A stretch of DNA of 64,000 nucleotides, from the NCBI RefSeq assembly GCF_009914755.1, contig NC_060933.1; one strand, given 5' to 3'. Positions 26,243-41,278 of the stretch are shown here, one piece after another. Numbering within the stretch: the stretch's first letter is position 1; each line of letters starts with the position of its first letter. This DNA is from the human T2T-CHM13v2.0 reference genome, Homo sapiens. A program made the position numbers and the translations under genes. The notes under the pieces are model-generated. The model saw nothing but the letters and a program-made list of their open reading frames with translations. It did not search any database and had not been told where the DNA came from.

Positions 26243-26420
26243 TAGGGTTCTCAACCCTCTTCTGCATAAAAATCACCTCAGGAATTCCAAACAAAGTATC
26301 TGGGTGGCTGGCAGCCTCCATCCCCGCAAGAGATTCTGATACGGTTGGTCTGGGGAGAGACCCAGACATTGGCAATTTTCCCAGGTAATTTGAATGTATA
26401 GACAGAGTTGACAATCACTG
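26243..26420. mobile_element. MER5-type hAT-Charlie DNA transposon fossil
   Basis: ggttctcaacc...aatcacct...agattctgat...ggtctgggg...cccaggtaatt...aatcactg. Confidence 0.7.
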
Positions 26421-29400
26421 ATCTAATTGAATATTTAAAGGGTTCCAAAAACCTCTTAACTGTTAGTGGATATATCTCTTATATTTGAAGATGCTTTATA
26501 AACTCCCTTCCTCCCTGTGAAAATCAAAAACTTAGGAGCCCCTTGTCCCTAAAACAGGGATAATATACTGATTCCAGGAACTCCTGTAGTCAATGTGAAT
26601 GCACTTTGTAAATTGTTAAGTCTATATGTGAGAGGAAGCATTCTGGTGCCTAATGTGAAGATGATCATCCGATCCTGTTACATAGCATGCACAAAGAGAT
26701 TCAGAAATCCTCCAGTTACCAGGATGTCGCGTAATCTGAAGTATAATGCACCAGCCACTTCAATGTATACACTTTTCATTCAAAAAATAGGAACCATGAA
26801 CATGTTAAATCATTTCGTAAAAGATAGAAGAAATTAAAACCTTCCTGAGCCCAATTTGAAGGGACAAAATAAAACATACGCTGAGAACATTCAGTCTTCC
26901 ACACAGACTAGTCATCTCATCTTTTATTTTCTTTATTTTTCTTTTTCTAGATGGCCATTGTGTGAGATTAAGTATTTGGTCATATTTCCCACTGCTCTTC
27001 TCAGATAGCTAAATTTAATTCTTATCCAAATGACCGACTTACCCAACTGTATACCACTTATTTAATTAGACATAAAGAGATACTAAATTCCTCTCATCTG
27101 TTGAGGAAATGATGGTAACCTGGCTTTGTCTCCTACCCTTTAACAGAAACCTCATTTCCCCTTTTTTCCTAAAATGCCCATAAACCTTCAGTGCCTCATA
27201 GTAGTATTATGAGGATCAAATAAGTACGTGTAAGTACTTTGAAAACTGTAAAACCTTAGTCATCTCGTGCTCAAAAGCCTTCACTGTCTCCAGCTGTCTG
27301 GAGTCTACTCAAGGACCAATTCCTCAGCTGGGATCCAAGGCCCTGTCCCAAACCATCATTCCTATCTTATGTTCAGCTGTTTTACTGCATGTGTCCTGGC
27401 ACACTGAGACCCATGCCACAGAGGAACTGGCCTGGCCAGAGCTGGAAGCAGGCTGGGGTCCCAGTTGTGTATCACATAGAAGACCACTGCAAGAAGAGTC
27501 TGAATGGGGGCTCTAGCAGACAGGGGGAACAGAAGGAAGCTACACAGCAGAAGCAGAATAGGTGGCAGAGGCAATTGATTGGAGGGAGGGAGAGGGGGTA
27601 GGTGAAGGGGATGAGGAGGAAGACAGAGGAGGCTGGAGAAAGGGGAATTGTTGTATAGCAATGTCTGTATGTTCATCACTATGCTAGGGGGAAAGACTGC
27701 TAAAATATTGGGGCCCCAAATAGCGAGCTTGGTTTTGGATGTGCTGAGTTTAAAGTATCAACAAAGCATTCAGGTAAGTGAAACTAGAATCCTGGAGATT
27801 GGAAGAGACGTAGATTTGTAAATCACATGCAAGGAGAAGACAACTCAAGTGAGGAAAGTGGATAAGATCAATCGGAGCACAGAGAGAACAGGGGCCTGAG
27901 GAAAGAGTCTTGGGGATGACAGCATTTGCTAGTCCAGATGAGTAAGAAAAGGCAGGGGACAAAACAGGGGAGAACTCGCTGCCAAAGAAGCCAGGGGAGC
28001 ATATTCCGCAGCAAGATGTGAGGGAAAGTCATAGGATGTGGTGAATTACAGGATGCTGATGAATTTCAGAGGAGCCACGTCAGCCAAGCGGTGGGCAGAA
28101 GCCAGATTACAAAGCACTAGAGAATTCGGGAGTATTGGGGAAGTGGGTGCAGTGAACATGGGTTAGCCTTTCAAGAAGTTTAGAACTGAAAGGAAGGGAG
28201 GCAGGAGACAGGTTAGCCCTCACCACTGACAGAGTGGAGTGTAAAGGCAGGAAAGCACAAAGCAGGAGCTATGTGATAAAAGGGAGCTTGGTTTTAATAA
28301 AAAGAAGAGAAAGTGCTTTCGTCTTAATAGCTCAAAGAATGCTGATAGCAGCCGTGTGTGAAATTGATTTCTGAGGCCCAGCACCAGAGACAGAGAGGCT
28401 GTGAGGCAAATGGGGTAGTAAACCATGATTTAGCACCTTCACTTTCTCTGCTTATTACAAAACAGGCTTTAAAAAAGATGCCTGTGGTGTGCCTCAGCAT
28501 TCTTGATATTTTCTGTGGCCAAGATCCATTTTAATATATTCCTGAGGCATTTTGGTAATTCTAACACTGCCTGAGACATTAATCTATTAACTTTTCACAT
28601 TGCTAAGCATGTTAATGCAATTTAAATATTATTTCTCTTAAACAACATCGATGTGGAAGGAAAAAGAACTCTTCTTGCTGGAAACAAAAAGGTAACAGGC
28701 TGAAAATGCTTACACGTTGAAAGCACAATTAAGCTTTATAAACTCTCAAAGTATTTGCTTCTACTCTGCAAGCATTGAGAGCCAGAGATGGCTCACAAGA
28801 ATCACAAAAAATCATGTCATGTTTCATGTACTGTTAATAATAAACATTTAATAAGTGGTTTTGCAGATGGCTCCTTAACATGATCATTTAATTTATAAAT
28901 TAGAAGATGGTAGTCCTTCCCATATATACAATATCTGGATTATATTTTTCAGTTTAAAAATGCCAAAAGTATGCAGAATTTAGCCAGCCCCAAAACGTAA
29001 ATATTTCTGTTGACTGGAAGATAGGAAGAGATGACTGCTATATTTGTCTCTAATCACCATTATTATTTCCCATTTTAATACAAGTAGAGCTGTACTATTT
29101 ACAGATAATGATGACAAATTATAGTGGCCCGATAAGGACAGGTTCTTTTAGACAGTTATTTTAAATGAGGCACTTATACTACAATCTACTCTGGACAAGA
29201 TTTTAAAGAAAAAATTGTAGGCTATCATGTTTTTGAAGTAAATACCTATTTAACTAGAGAATGCATGGCTTGATTGATGTAGTTACAACAAAAGCTATAC
29301 TAAGACAATAGTAACTGACTCTCATTTATTATTGATAAAGGACTTAATATGTAGGAAAGCATTTTAAAAAACTAAGTTACACAGTAGGGAAGCACAATAA

Positions 29401-31331
29401 CAGAGTTTCTGTTTTGATACAAAACAAAGTATGTCATGAAGATTATTGATATAGCACATTATAATACAAACATCACAGGAAGAAAAAAACATCATTCCTT
29501 AACACTTGGCTAGGAATTAAGTCAATATAGAAACTGAAAAACATCAAATAAAGCTGACTTTTATCTCAGCATTTGGGAGACTTTTGCTTACAAGTATTTA
29601 TTGTTTTTCAAAGTATTAAAGAGTAAACTCTTATTAATAAAAAGTACAGAGTATAATTTAGCATTTCTTTTATTATTCAGAAGTCACTTTAGGATCTGCC
29701 ATAGGTTCTGGATGCAGAAAATTGTATTAGCAAAGAAAGAAAGTCCCAGCAGAGATTCTCTGTTTCAAGAGTTGCTTTGTAACAAAACAATTCTTAGGAC
29801 TGAAGCTGTAGGACTGCCTCTACTTGGATTTCATTTATTAATTGCACTGCACAACGTTTTTTCATGTATTAGCACTTATATTTAAAAAAATAACTCTATG
29901 AGTTACACAGAGCAAATGCTTATGTTCCATTTTACAAATTAGAAAATTGATTTGTAAATGTGCTTAAATGAAATAGACTAATTTAGAATCATAGACATTT
30001 TTGTAGCTAGAGGTGTCTCAGAAATTAGCCAAAATTCCTTTTTGTGGAAGTGACTAATCTGAGGCAGAGAGAACTAAGTTGCCTAAAATACCACAGCAGC
30101 AAAGTCAGGATATAACAAAAACACCACAGTGGCCAAATCCTGTTGCCTAGACTGTGTCCCTGTTTAGAAGTTTTTGCTATCAATATTATGTATGTACACT
30201 CTGAAACATTTTAAAATTAAAAGTGCTCACCAAAAACTCAGCAGAACAGTAAACATCCATTGAACATTAAACTCTGTATCAAGCCCTGTGTTAGATATTA
30301 GGGGTTAAGCTGAATATCACCTAGTCCCTAGCTTCAAGGACATTGTATTGATATTTTGCCTCTATTAATTTATTTTAACATGAGAGCTCTATTACTTGAA
30401 TTGCAATATTTAGTTTTATGGAAAATCTAATGGAAATATGTTCTCCCGAGTCCAAAACTCTGACTTTAAAATGTGTGTTCAGATTTGCTTCTATCAGGTT
30501 ATTTTTCCTGATTAATTCTGCTCAACTTTACATCTCTCTGTGATCTATGGTTATCTATGTATTGTACTAATTTTTACACTCATTAAAAATGATTTAATAA
30601 GTATTCTTTACTTCTTTTTAATTGGTAGAGGCCTATGCTTTTAATTAAGCCAGGACTTCCTCACCCACCTCTCTTCATTCTCATTCCCAGTTCTCTTTCT
30701 AATCCCAGCACACTCATCTTCAAAAGCACAGCTTCCCAAGTGCTGCAGAGGGATGAAAATTGTTTACTCAGTGACAGGCTCCCTTTGGCAAACAAGGATC
30801 TAGGACTTGGATAAAGCTAGATTAAGCCAAGATGTGACAGGTTAATCATCTTTCAGCTTTACACATTTTGGGTAAATTTAGAGTTGGCATAAAAAGACAT
30901 GTGAATAAGCAGAAATGTGATCCTTTTTTTGCCCCCATGATTCAGATTCATTTTTGTCCTCTTCTGTTCCCTTGCTTATCTGCAGCTTCTGCATACATTT
31001 TTTCCCTCTGTCTTTAGATAATCTGAATGTATATGGACAAGAGTGAAAGCTGACAGCTGTTATGAATTAGACATTCAACTGCAGTTTGTCCTAACCTGCC
31101 TTGTGTTAATCATTCATTTAATGAATATTCACTGAGACCGATTACGTATCTGGTGTTCTACAAGGCACTGCGCATATTCAGAGGCATATTCATCTTTGTC
31201 ACAGCTCTTAAGAAGCACACAGTCCACTTCTGGGGATAGATGTGTAAACAAGTAACTATACTGGGTGGCTGACAAATGCTAAAATAGCCATTTGTATCAA
31301 GTCCTAGCAATATGCTCAAAACACACAGGAT

Positions 31332-31640
<309 letters not shown>

Positions 31641-34600
31641 CTACCTAGAGATAAGAGAAAATTTTACTAGAAGATGGCAGTGGCATTGCATCTTAGAGCA
31701 GGAGCAGGAGTACACAAGTCAAATGAAATAAAAAGATGTGAGCAAGATGGTGAGGAGGGGAATCTAGGCACTATCAAGATCATGACCCAATTACTAGATG
31801 TCCTCACAGCACCTGTGTTACTGAGAATCATGACCAATTACTGAAGTGTAGAGGCCATGTATGATTACAAAAAGCAGGAATGAATCTAGAATGTTGATTT
31901 AGGGCCAGTTTATGAAGCGTCTTGTATGCTATGCTAATAACTTAGACTTTACCCTATATCCAATGGCTCTTCACCTTTTTTGAAGAATTTGATAAAAGCT
32001 ATAAATCCTCGCTCCAGAAGTGTGATATAACACACATATGCTCAAAATGTGGCATAGAGTTTCTGAGAGTTCATAGCCCACCTGGCATTTATTAACACTA
32101 CTAGGTCCCATCAGCTTTAGGCAGTGGAGCCATAGAAAATCTCCTAGCAAGGAGTGAACAGTTGAGCTTTGTATTCTAGCAAGATAACTGGGAATGATGA
32201 AGAGGACAGACTGGTGGGAAGAGAGGCTGGAGGTCAAAAACACCAGATGGGAAGTCAATTGCAAAGTGCCAGGCATGAATGGTAGTACCAGAATTAAGTC
32301 AGTGAAAGTAAGATTGGACGGGGTGAGAATGGAAGAGAGAGGGATTTCAGAAATGGAATTGATAAGACTTGATGTCTGATTAATTATAAATGATGTTGAG
32401 CAGTTAAATATTTTGTTGTTATCTCAATCTTCCCCACTAAACTGTAAATCCTCTAAAGGTGTTGCTGACTCACGCAGGACTCAGGGAATGAGCAGAAATG
32501 AAAACATAAGCATGCAGGATTAGAAACTTCACATTCATGTGAAAGCAACGCGTCCCTCAAAAGCCAAGAGGCAGAGGGCTATGAGGTAGGGTAGTGACCT
32601 CTGAGACTAATCACTGCTTATGGACATAAAATCAAATAAGGAACTGTTGAAAATAGTAAACCTGAGTAAGCAGTGATTAACTTGTTGGTTGCCATCTCTA
32701 CCTTACATGGTTTCCTAGCCCCAGAGCACCTCCTAGATAGCTAAGAGACTAGGTTGGTTTGCTTTACATTCATAATGGGAAAGTATGACCAGAACCTCAA
32801 AATCAACCTACTCCCAAAACTGCAAAATTTGCCAGAGTGTTCCAAATATCCAGGCTACTGCCTGTAGTTACAGCTACAGGTTAAGCTAGAGGAAAATGTT
32901 ATCTATTGAAGGTACAAAGATATGGTAATTGAGAGAGCTACTGCTTCTTAGAACAAAGTCATCTAGGTTGCAGGTACAGAGTTTTTGATGGACTTCATCT
33001 CCTAGTGTGTGTGTGTGAAGGTGGGGGAGTGATACCTATTTGAGCTGGAGAACAGAAGAAAGTCCCTGAAATTGAAATTACTTGGCAATTTTAAGTGACT
33101 GGATATTTCTCATGGTCTTGCTTTCTCCCCCACTTTATGCTTACTCTATGCCCTATGTACCTTTTTGAGAGACAAATGACAAATATGTAAACATTTAAAA
33201 TAAAACGTATTTCCAGGCATTTCATCATTGATTAAATATTTGTTGAAATCTTACATTTTCTTCAAAATGACATTCTTAATAATTATTTCAATAACTGTAG
33301 ATAACTCAAAAATAGAAAGCATCACCCCTGCCTTCAAAGAGCTTCCAGTCTAATTGGAAAGATAATTGTTATATAGAATGATAATCCCAAAGAGCTACAA
33401 AGTCTTGTTTTAATTTATTCTATACTGACTCTTTGTAAACTAGTACTACATAATGGGACATCAAGTAACTTCAGGTTAAGGAGAATACTGCAATACTAAG
33501 AGCTTATCATTCCACTTTTTCTGAGTAAGGAGAGCTGAACTTAAGCAAAAGTAGAAACAAGAATGTAAAAAAGAAGAAAGCATAATATTAAGCCAGGGAG
33601 AATGTTTTAAATTTCAATCCCACACATCCTACAATATCTGGATGGTATTTAAGAGAGAACGCATCCAATCATGAGTATAGGAATAGAACCTAAACCACAT
33701 CCCGCATCCCATGGAACTTAATTCAGAACTATTACACCACATTTTTTTCTTGGCTCACATGGCACAATAGTCAACCAAAGAAAAGAGAAAGTTCTACCAA
33801 AACCAAAAGCTGACTTGTTTGAGAGTGACATGAAGTTAGCTAGTCATTTCATGCAGCTTCCCTATTATCAGTTATAATTTGGGTTTTTTTGCCCATCAAA
33901 CCCTAAGCCATATTAATCTATTAACGTTCCAGTTTCCTCAGCAAATCATGAAATGAGATTTTTCTCCAACAGGAATTCTTCCTCTATGATTCCAAACCCC
34001 AACATGTGCTTTCCAGAGCCTCAGATGTTTCCTTAGTTCTACAGATGGTTTGTAAATTCATTTCAGCTCAATTTGCCAGTGCTGCAGAAAGTATCTATGG
34101 CTGATTGGAGTCACAGTTTGGACGGACCTCTAGTTAGATTAGATGGAAGTGGAAACTAAAACTTCTAACTGGCTCACCAGGAAGTTGGGAATTCACAAAA
34201 AGAGCAGAGAGAGAATTTCGTTTGAGGGGGTGTTTCAAACATGCCTGTTTTGGGGAGTGGAGGGTGTGGAAGCCCTAGGGGGTGATTCTTCACTGTTTTC
34301 CTTGGTGTTGGGCCTACATATTATTTTCCACTGGAGATTGGTTTTCTAAGTATAGGAAAAAGAAGAAAACAAAAAACAGCAACAGCAACCAGGAACAATT
34401 GTTTCATTTTTAGAACTCCAGGTAAAATGGCTAACGTTTCACACCTGAGGTGAAATAGTATCAGGGTTTAAAATATCCCTATAGTCCAGGGGCCAGGAAG
34501 GTGATGACTTCCTTCAAAAACATGAAATAAATGAATTTTTTTAAATGACTGTAGTTTCTACAGGATACAGTTCTCCTGTTTTCCACTTTTCCTTTGTAAA

Positions 34601-35582
34601 GGAAAGCTTCAGGCTTCTACTCCTAATTGAGCACTCTCTAGGTCTAGAAGCTCAGCTATTATAGTTATTTTAAAGAAGATTATTATCACAGAAAAAGAGA
34701 AACAGACTGACAGGCTATTTCTAGTAGAAAATCTCCTTTAGTCTTCCAAATTAAAGGAGTTTGAAATCTCTATCAAAAAAATGCATTATAATATTTATAT
34801 TAATATTCTCTCAGTCTTATGACAAAGCAGTTATAGTGTTTCCATTTGCTAAGTTTGTGCTTTTAAAGTAATAGAAACTGAGAATGATCAAATATTTTAT
34901 CTATGCCTTCCCTTGAGATAAGCTGATTCAAAATATTCAATGGTCTGTCGAAAATTTCCTGAATACTAACCTTTGTTCATATCAGCAATTATTGATTTTA
35001 ATTCAACTGGCTGTGAAATTGTGTTCTGTTGAAGCTTTCCAAAATGCCCAGAGGTTTCTCAGCAGTTTTCTAGATGAGCTATAATCCAGGCTTGACCTTG
35101 GATAGAATACAAAATAAAATCAAGTTACCATAGTTCTGAAATGAAAACCTTACTGAAGTATTTGACATTGAACAGAGTCGGATTTTTGTTTCCTAAAAAG
35201 TGATGAAGCTGTTTTAATTTCATCTCCAAATTGTTGTCCCAGGACGAGAAGGAATTCTGAGGACAAAATAATTTTTTAGAAGAAAAGCAACACCATTCAT
35301 TGTCATTTTATACAAAATTCACATACTGATAAATACTGTTTGAAAAGGAAAGAAAGGTCAAAATATGAAGCTAGGCAGAAAAAAAAAGATACAGACATAA
35401 AACTTGGCTTTACTAGATATTAACTATGTGACATGAGCGTGTGTGCATTTGTAGCATGGGGGTGGGGGCAGGGAGTGATAAAATAATTGGCACTAATATG
35501 CCAGAAACTATGCTAGGTACTTCACATGTGTTCTCTCTGTTAATCACCATATTATGAGAAGTATCAATGTTCCCCCCACCCC

Positions 35583-35873
<291 letters not shown>

Positions 35874-38409
35874 AATGTTCCCATTTTACACATGAAGAAA
35901 CTCTGGCTTAACGAGATCTGACAACATGTCTAAGTTCAAGTTTACCAGTATATGACTAGGAAAGTCCGTCTCACTCTAAAGTCTGTGCTCTTTCTCCTGC
36001 AGCATGATACAGGTTGTTCAACCTCACAGCCTCAATTTTCTTATTTGTAAAATAAGGAAAAAAAATTCTCACCTGACCTGGGTCATTGTGAGGATTAAAT
36101 ACGATCATTTGTCTAAATCCTGGCATGCTTCCTGGCATGCAGGTACTTAAGAAACCCCAGTTTTCCCTCACCATCAACTCTCCAGGCTTAGTGCAGTTAG
36201 GCGCCTTAACAGGAATGCGCAAAAGCGCACTGGAATGTGTGCATAGATGCTGAGAAAGCAAAAGGGAGACAGGTACCCAAAAGTCCTCCTTGGCCTGTAT
36301 AGCTTTTACACCCTGTTACAGAATTGACTTTTCTCTTCAGTAGCAAGGGACAGGCTTCATGCAGTGGCCTCTGAAAGACCATGCACTGTGTCACTGGCAG
36401 TTCATCATATCTCCCAACAGTGCAGCTGTGATAAGAACCAGATGATCCAAATTTCCTAAGCAAAGCCAGCAGCAAATATCATCTGGGAAGGCGCATGCCT
36501 CAGTATCCACACACTACGCTCTTTAAGAAAGTACATCAAAAAGCTAATGGACTTTTACAAGAGCCCAGTTACTGCTTAATGTCTGTGAGCTCTCAGGAGC
36601 AGGGAATCACAACCCCTACCACATACAGTTGGCGGCAGAACCAGTATTCCAAGTTGTTAAAGAAGCCAAGGATTAGATAAGATTTATAGAGACCTGATGT
36701 GGGTAGGGCAGCTAAAAATGGAATCTGCAGATTTGTTTCCAAAGCTTCAGACATGGCCAGGATGTTTCTGTGTATAGATTGCTCCACTTCGCATGGGCAG
36801 ACCACAGGAAAAATGGTTCTCTCATCACTGGGGGAGTTGCCCCTCTTTTTAATATAGAAGTGTGTGACATCCATTTGATACAGCCACATACACAGCTCCA
36901 GATAACTTAAGCTAAATGCTGTCTGTCTGGAAGTGGAAAACCAGAGGTTCAGGTACCTTCTTGATGATCTTAAAATTGTGAGTGCCATTCTTTGCCTTCT
37001 CTCATAGCCCATTTTGTTACTTCTGACGATCTGTTGACATCTGAAAAACACTTCTCTTATACTATAACTTCAGCTGTTATATGACTTCAATTTTACAAAA
37101 AACTATCAAGCATTTCCTCAGCACCTACTTTTTTTTCATTTAATTTCATATAGCTTGACCTCTTGTTTTAACATTTGGAAAAAATATTTTCCAAGTACCC
37201 TGTATATGCGTGTCTCTGAGCAAATATAACTCTAGTCTTTTATTGCTAATTTCTGCTTCATCTTACATCTTTCATGTATTTGATAACCTGTCCAGGTTCC
37301 AATGAAAGAGGCTATGGATAAGTGGTACATAGGAGGTCATTCTAAGGTGAAGTGTCTATTGGGCAGTGAGCTGCAGGGAAAATATTGCTTCATGTGATTA
37401 CTCAAATTGTTTAACTACTTGTAGCTGTCAGGCTTGGAGCTGTTCACCTGAGACTTTGTTGCTGCAATTGGCTCTGGAATTAACCACAAAACTGTCAGAT
37501 GTAAACCACGTTTAGATAAGCCAGTAATGGCAAGAAAATGACACCATTCTGAGGTTGATGGATGTAGGAGAGCTCTTCTAGTATTTGTAGGAGGCATATA
37601 ATGATCTGTGACCACAATCTGTATTCCATAAAATTGGCATTTACTGAGGCTAAGAACGTCTTGACTGGCCAGGAACGATGGATCAATGGAGTTGGGGGGT
37701 TGATTGCTGAGTTTCTGAGAAGACAGCAGTTGATTCAGGAGTCTTATCCAACACTACATTTAAAGGTCAATATGTGGCACCAAAGATCTAAAAATGGCTG
37801 AACTGTTTCTAAATTTAATAACTCAAGGGGCCTAGTCAACTTTCATAAAATTATAGAGCCAAAACTCAGGCGCTTCTTCTCTCAGTGGATTTCTCAAATG
37901 CTAGATCAAAACAGCTGCCAATTGTCCATTCTCACTCATCCAATGCCTGTAAAGTAAAATAGTTGCTGTAATAAGAAAGGGTTTTATAATGGCCTTTTCC
38001 CTCAAGTTCAATATGAGATGCACTCTAGACTTTTTATGATACATCTACTACTAGTGAAACATTGCCTTACATAAAGAACTTAATAGTTGTTCTTTAGTTC
38101 CTTGTCATTGATATTAACAGCTAAAGACCATCATCTCACATGACATTGCTGCTGAAATTTCCAGCAGTGGGGTCAGGGATAATCTTTTGATCACTGTGTT
38201 CAATAGCATCCATAACCTTCCTTTTGAGACATTGAATTAAAATATTACATTTATCTGACGAAAATCATTGAAAAACATTGGCTGGCCTGTATAGAAGAGC
38301 TTAGATTTTTGATTTCAGAAGCAATCAGCGTTACTTTTAGGCGACCCATTATCTACTCTTTATTTTTCTTCTGCCTCTATTTCCCCTGCTAGATGCAATT
38401 CAAAGTTTA

Positions 38410-38768
<359 letters not shown>

Positions 38769-40254
38769 GTAAAAGAGAAGAGAAATAAGCATGTGTTCTA
38801 CCAGGGCCAGACACAAAATTTGTTTATAGTGAAGAAAGTCTTAAAAACTGCAATAAACAAATACTTCTAGATTTTAAATAATCAGAAAGGCATCTCTAAA
38901 AAGTCATTGCTGGTTATAGATGTAAATGTCTGGCACAGTTAAAAAGCAGAAAAATCACTTTCTCCAACATTAAACATGGATTCCATTGAAATGAATTATG
39001 TTTATTCTACTTGTTAAAAGAAAACTTAGAGTTTGTTCGACTTTGTGAAATAGACCTATGACTTGCTTCTGGGTTTGCATGAGATCTCATTCAGAGACAT
39101 CGTGGGCACTTAATATGTGTAGTTGTGCTGAAACGTGTAATATGTGATGAGATAAGATGCTTAGCAGTGAAACCTCACCATTGAAGCTTTTAGTACTTCT
39201 TCAAACAAGGCACATGAAAAATATCAAGGAACTTTAGCACAGAGTTTGAAACAATTTGTTTTTCTAGAAAAACAAAATCACAACCATACATTATTTACCA
39301 AATATCTTACCCAGAGAACAGCCAGAGGGAAACTCTCCAAGGATTTGGCATTCGAGTGTTCTTATCTCATATGAAAATGCATTCTGCATGTGAATGCTGC
39401 GTGTGGATTTTCTTTAGTTTTGTTTTGTTTTGCTTTTGCAGTTGTAGTAACGGATAGCATCAAAGTTTGTAATCACTCATTTCAATTACTGCATGAATCC
39501 TAACGTTTGTGATACTGGTTTCATCAAAGTCATATTGAATTTGAGTAAAATGAGAGAAATCGCATTGCAGAGATATATATTTGTCACTTAAATAGAAACT
39601 GCTTCAGGAAAATACTGCACCTCTCTCAGTAGTCAGCAATCCTATCTTCTATTCACATGCGGCAAACAAAGAGTTAGATGATACACAATTAACTTTTTAA
39701 AATCTGAGGGATGAATTTAAATGGGCTATGGAGAAGAAATTTGTGTATGCATACATCATTGGCAAAGAGTCTTTTCTCTCTCATTGTTTAAGTTCTGAAA
39801 ACAGAGCACCTCTTATTGCAGTGATTAAGGATTGATTTTAATAATCCTAAAAACCAGGCTTTGGAGCTCAATAAATTCTTCCTTTCAAAAGTACAGATTT
39901 TGGGGTTACCAAGGTGGCTCCGTTATCCATGCTTTGCCACATTTTATAGGAACATAAAACTGCTAGCAGATTACATCACCAGGCAGATGCAATATGACAA
40001 GAGGCTGCAAGGTCGTACTGTGGGAAAGTCAGGGATTTCAGGGAGATGATACTTTACAAGAACGGTGTCTCAACTAAACTCAAAGCAAAAAGCCTGGTGC
40101 CTTATCAGTGTACCTCCTGTAAACTTTCAGAGCCCATATATGTTTATACATATTAATAATAATTAATAAATGATGTTAAATAATAATAGCAACAAATGCT
40201 TATACAATGTAGTGTTTATTATTTAGGCCCTATGTACTTTTAAAAATGTATGTT

Positions 40255-40661
40255 TATATTTGTTTTTGTGCCAGTGAAATGTACTAACACAAAATTTAAC
40301 ATTTTAACTATTTTTAAGTATATATATTTATACACTGAACTATACATTAAATACATTCACATTGTTTTGCAATCATCACTACCATCCATCTCCAGAACTT
40401 TTTCATCTTCCCTAACTGAAATTCTGCATCCATAAAACAACTCCCCATTCCCCTCTCTCCCAGTGCCCCCCATTCTAGACACAGACACAGACATTTCTGT
40501 GTCTATGAATTTGACTATTCTAGATACCTCAGTAAGTGGAATCATGCAATATTTGTTCTTTCATGTCTGACTTATTTCACTTAGTGTCATGTCTTTAAGT
40601 TTCATTCATGTTGAACCTGCATCTAAATTTTCTTCCTTTTTAAGGCTGAATAGTATTCCAT

Positions 40662-40713
<52 letters not shown>

Positions 40714-40765
40714 ACATTTTGTTTACATATTCATCCACTCATGGACATTTGGGTTATTTCCACTT
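40255..40765 (-). mobile_element. Old L1M 3' fragment containing a (TA)n tract
   Basis: Same family text as 615-1180 (catccatctccagaac, taagtggaatcatgc, ttaaggctgaatagtattcc). Confidence 0.8.
40668..40711. repeat. Perfect (TA)22 microsatellite
   Basis: Read directly. Confidence 0.97.
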
Positions 40766-41249
40766 TATGTGCTTTTTATGTATCAACTCTTTCACTGCTC
40801 AAAAAGATTCATTGATTCATTCATTGTTGTAGTATCTTTATTATCTCCATCTTATGATAAGAAAACTAAAGCATATGAGATTGTGTAGGTGCCCAAGTTT
40901 ATAGAGCTAGGAAGCTCTAAAGCCAGTATTCCACCCCAGGCTGGGTAGATCCACAGTTCCTGCTCCTAATCACTGTGCTATCTCATCTCCCTTTCCAATG
41001 ATTCAGGAAACTAAGTATAGCATGTACCAGTTGGAAAACCATTTGTATAACATCCTAAGGCCAGGTTTTAAAAGTTCAAGTACAGGTTTTAAAAGTTCAA
41101 AGGAGTAGTCAGTTTAATAACCGCACCCCATAGCAACTGATTGATAAAGGATCCCATTACTACAAAATAAAAATTAGCACTCTGCTCCGGCACTAGTTCT
41201 AGGTGGGCTAAGTTCATTTTGCTGATCTTCCTATATAATATGTGCATGC

Positions 41250-41250
<1 letters not shown>

Positions 41251-41278
<28 letters not shown>
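41251..41278 (+). repeat. (TG)14 microsatellite
   Basis: Read directly. Confidence 0.97.

Noticed and set aside
27581-27645. G/A-rich stretch as a G-quadruplex
   Set aside because: Fourth tract needs an 8-nt loop; ordinary purine-rich low complexity
36593-37051. 152-aa minus-strand ORF
   Set aside because: No recognisable homology, non-ATG start; length compatible with chance over six frames of 64 kb
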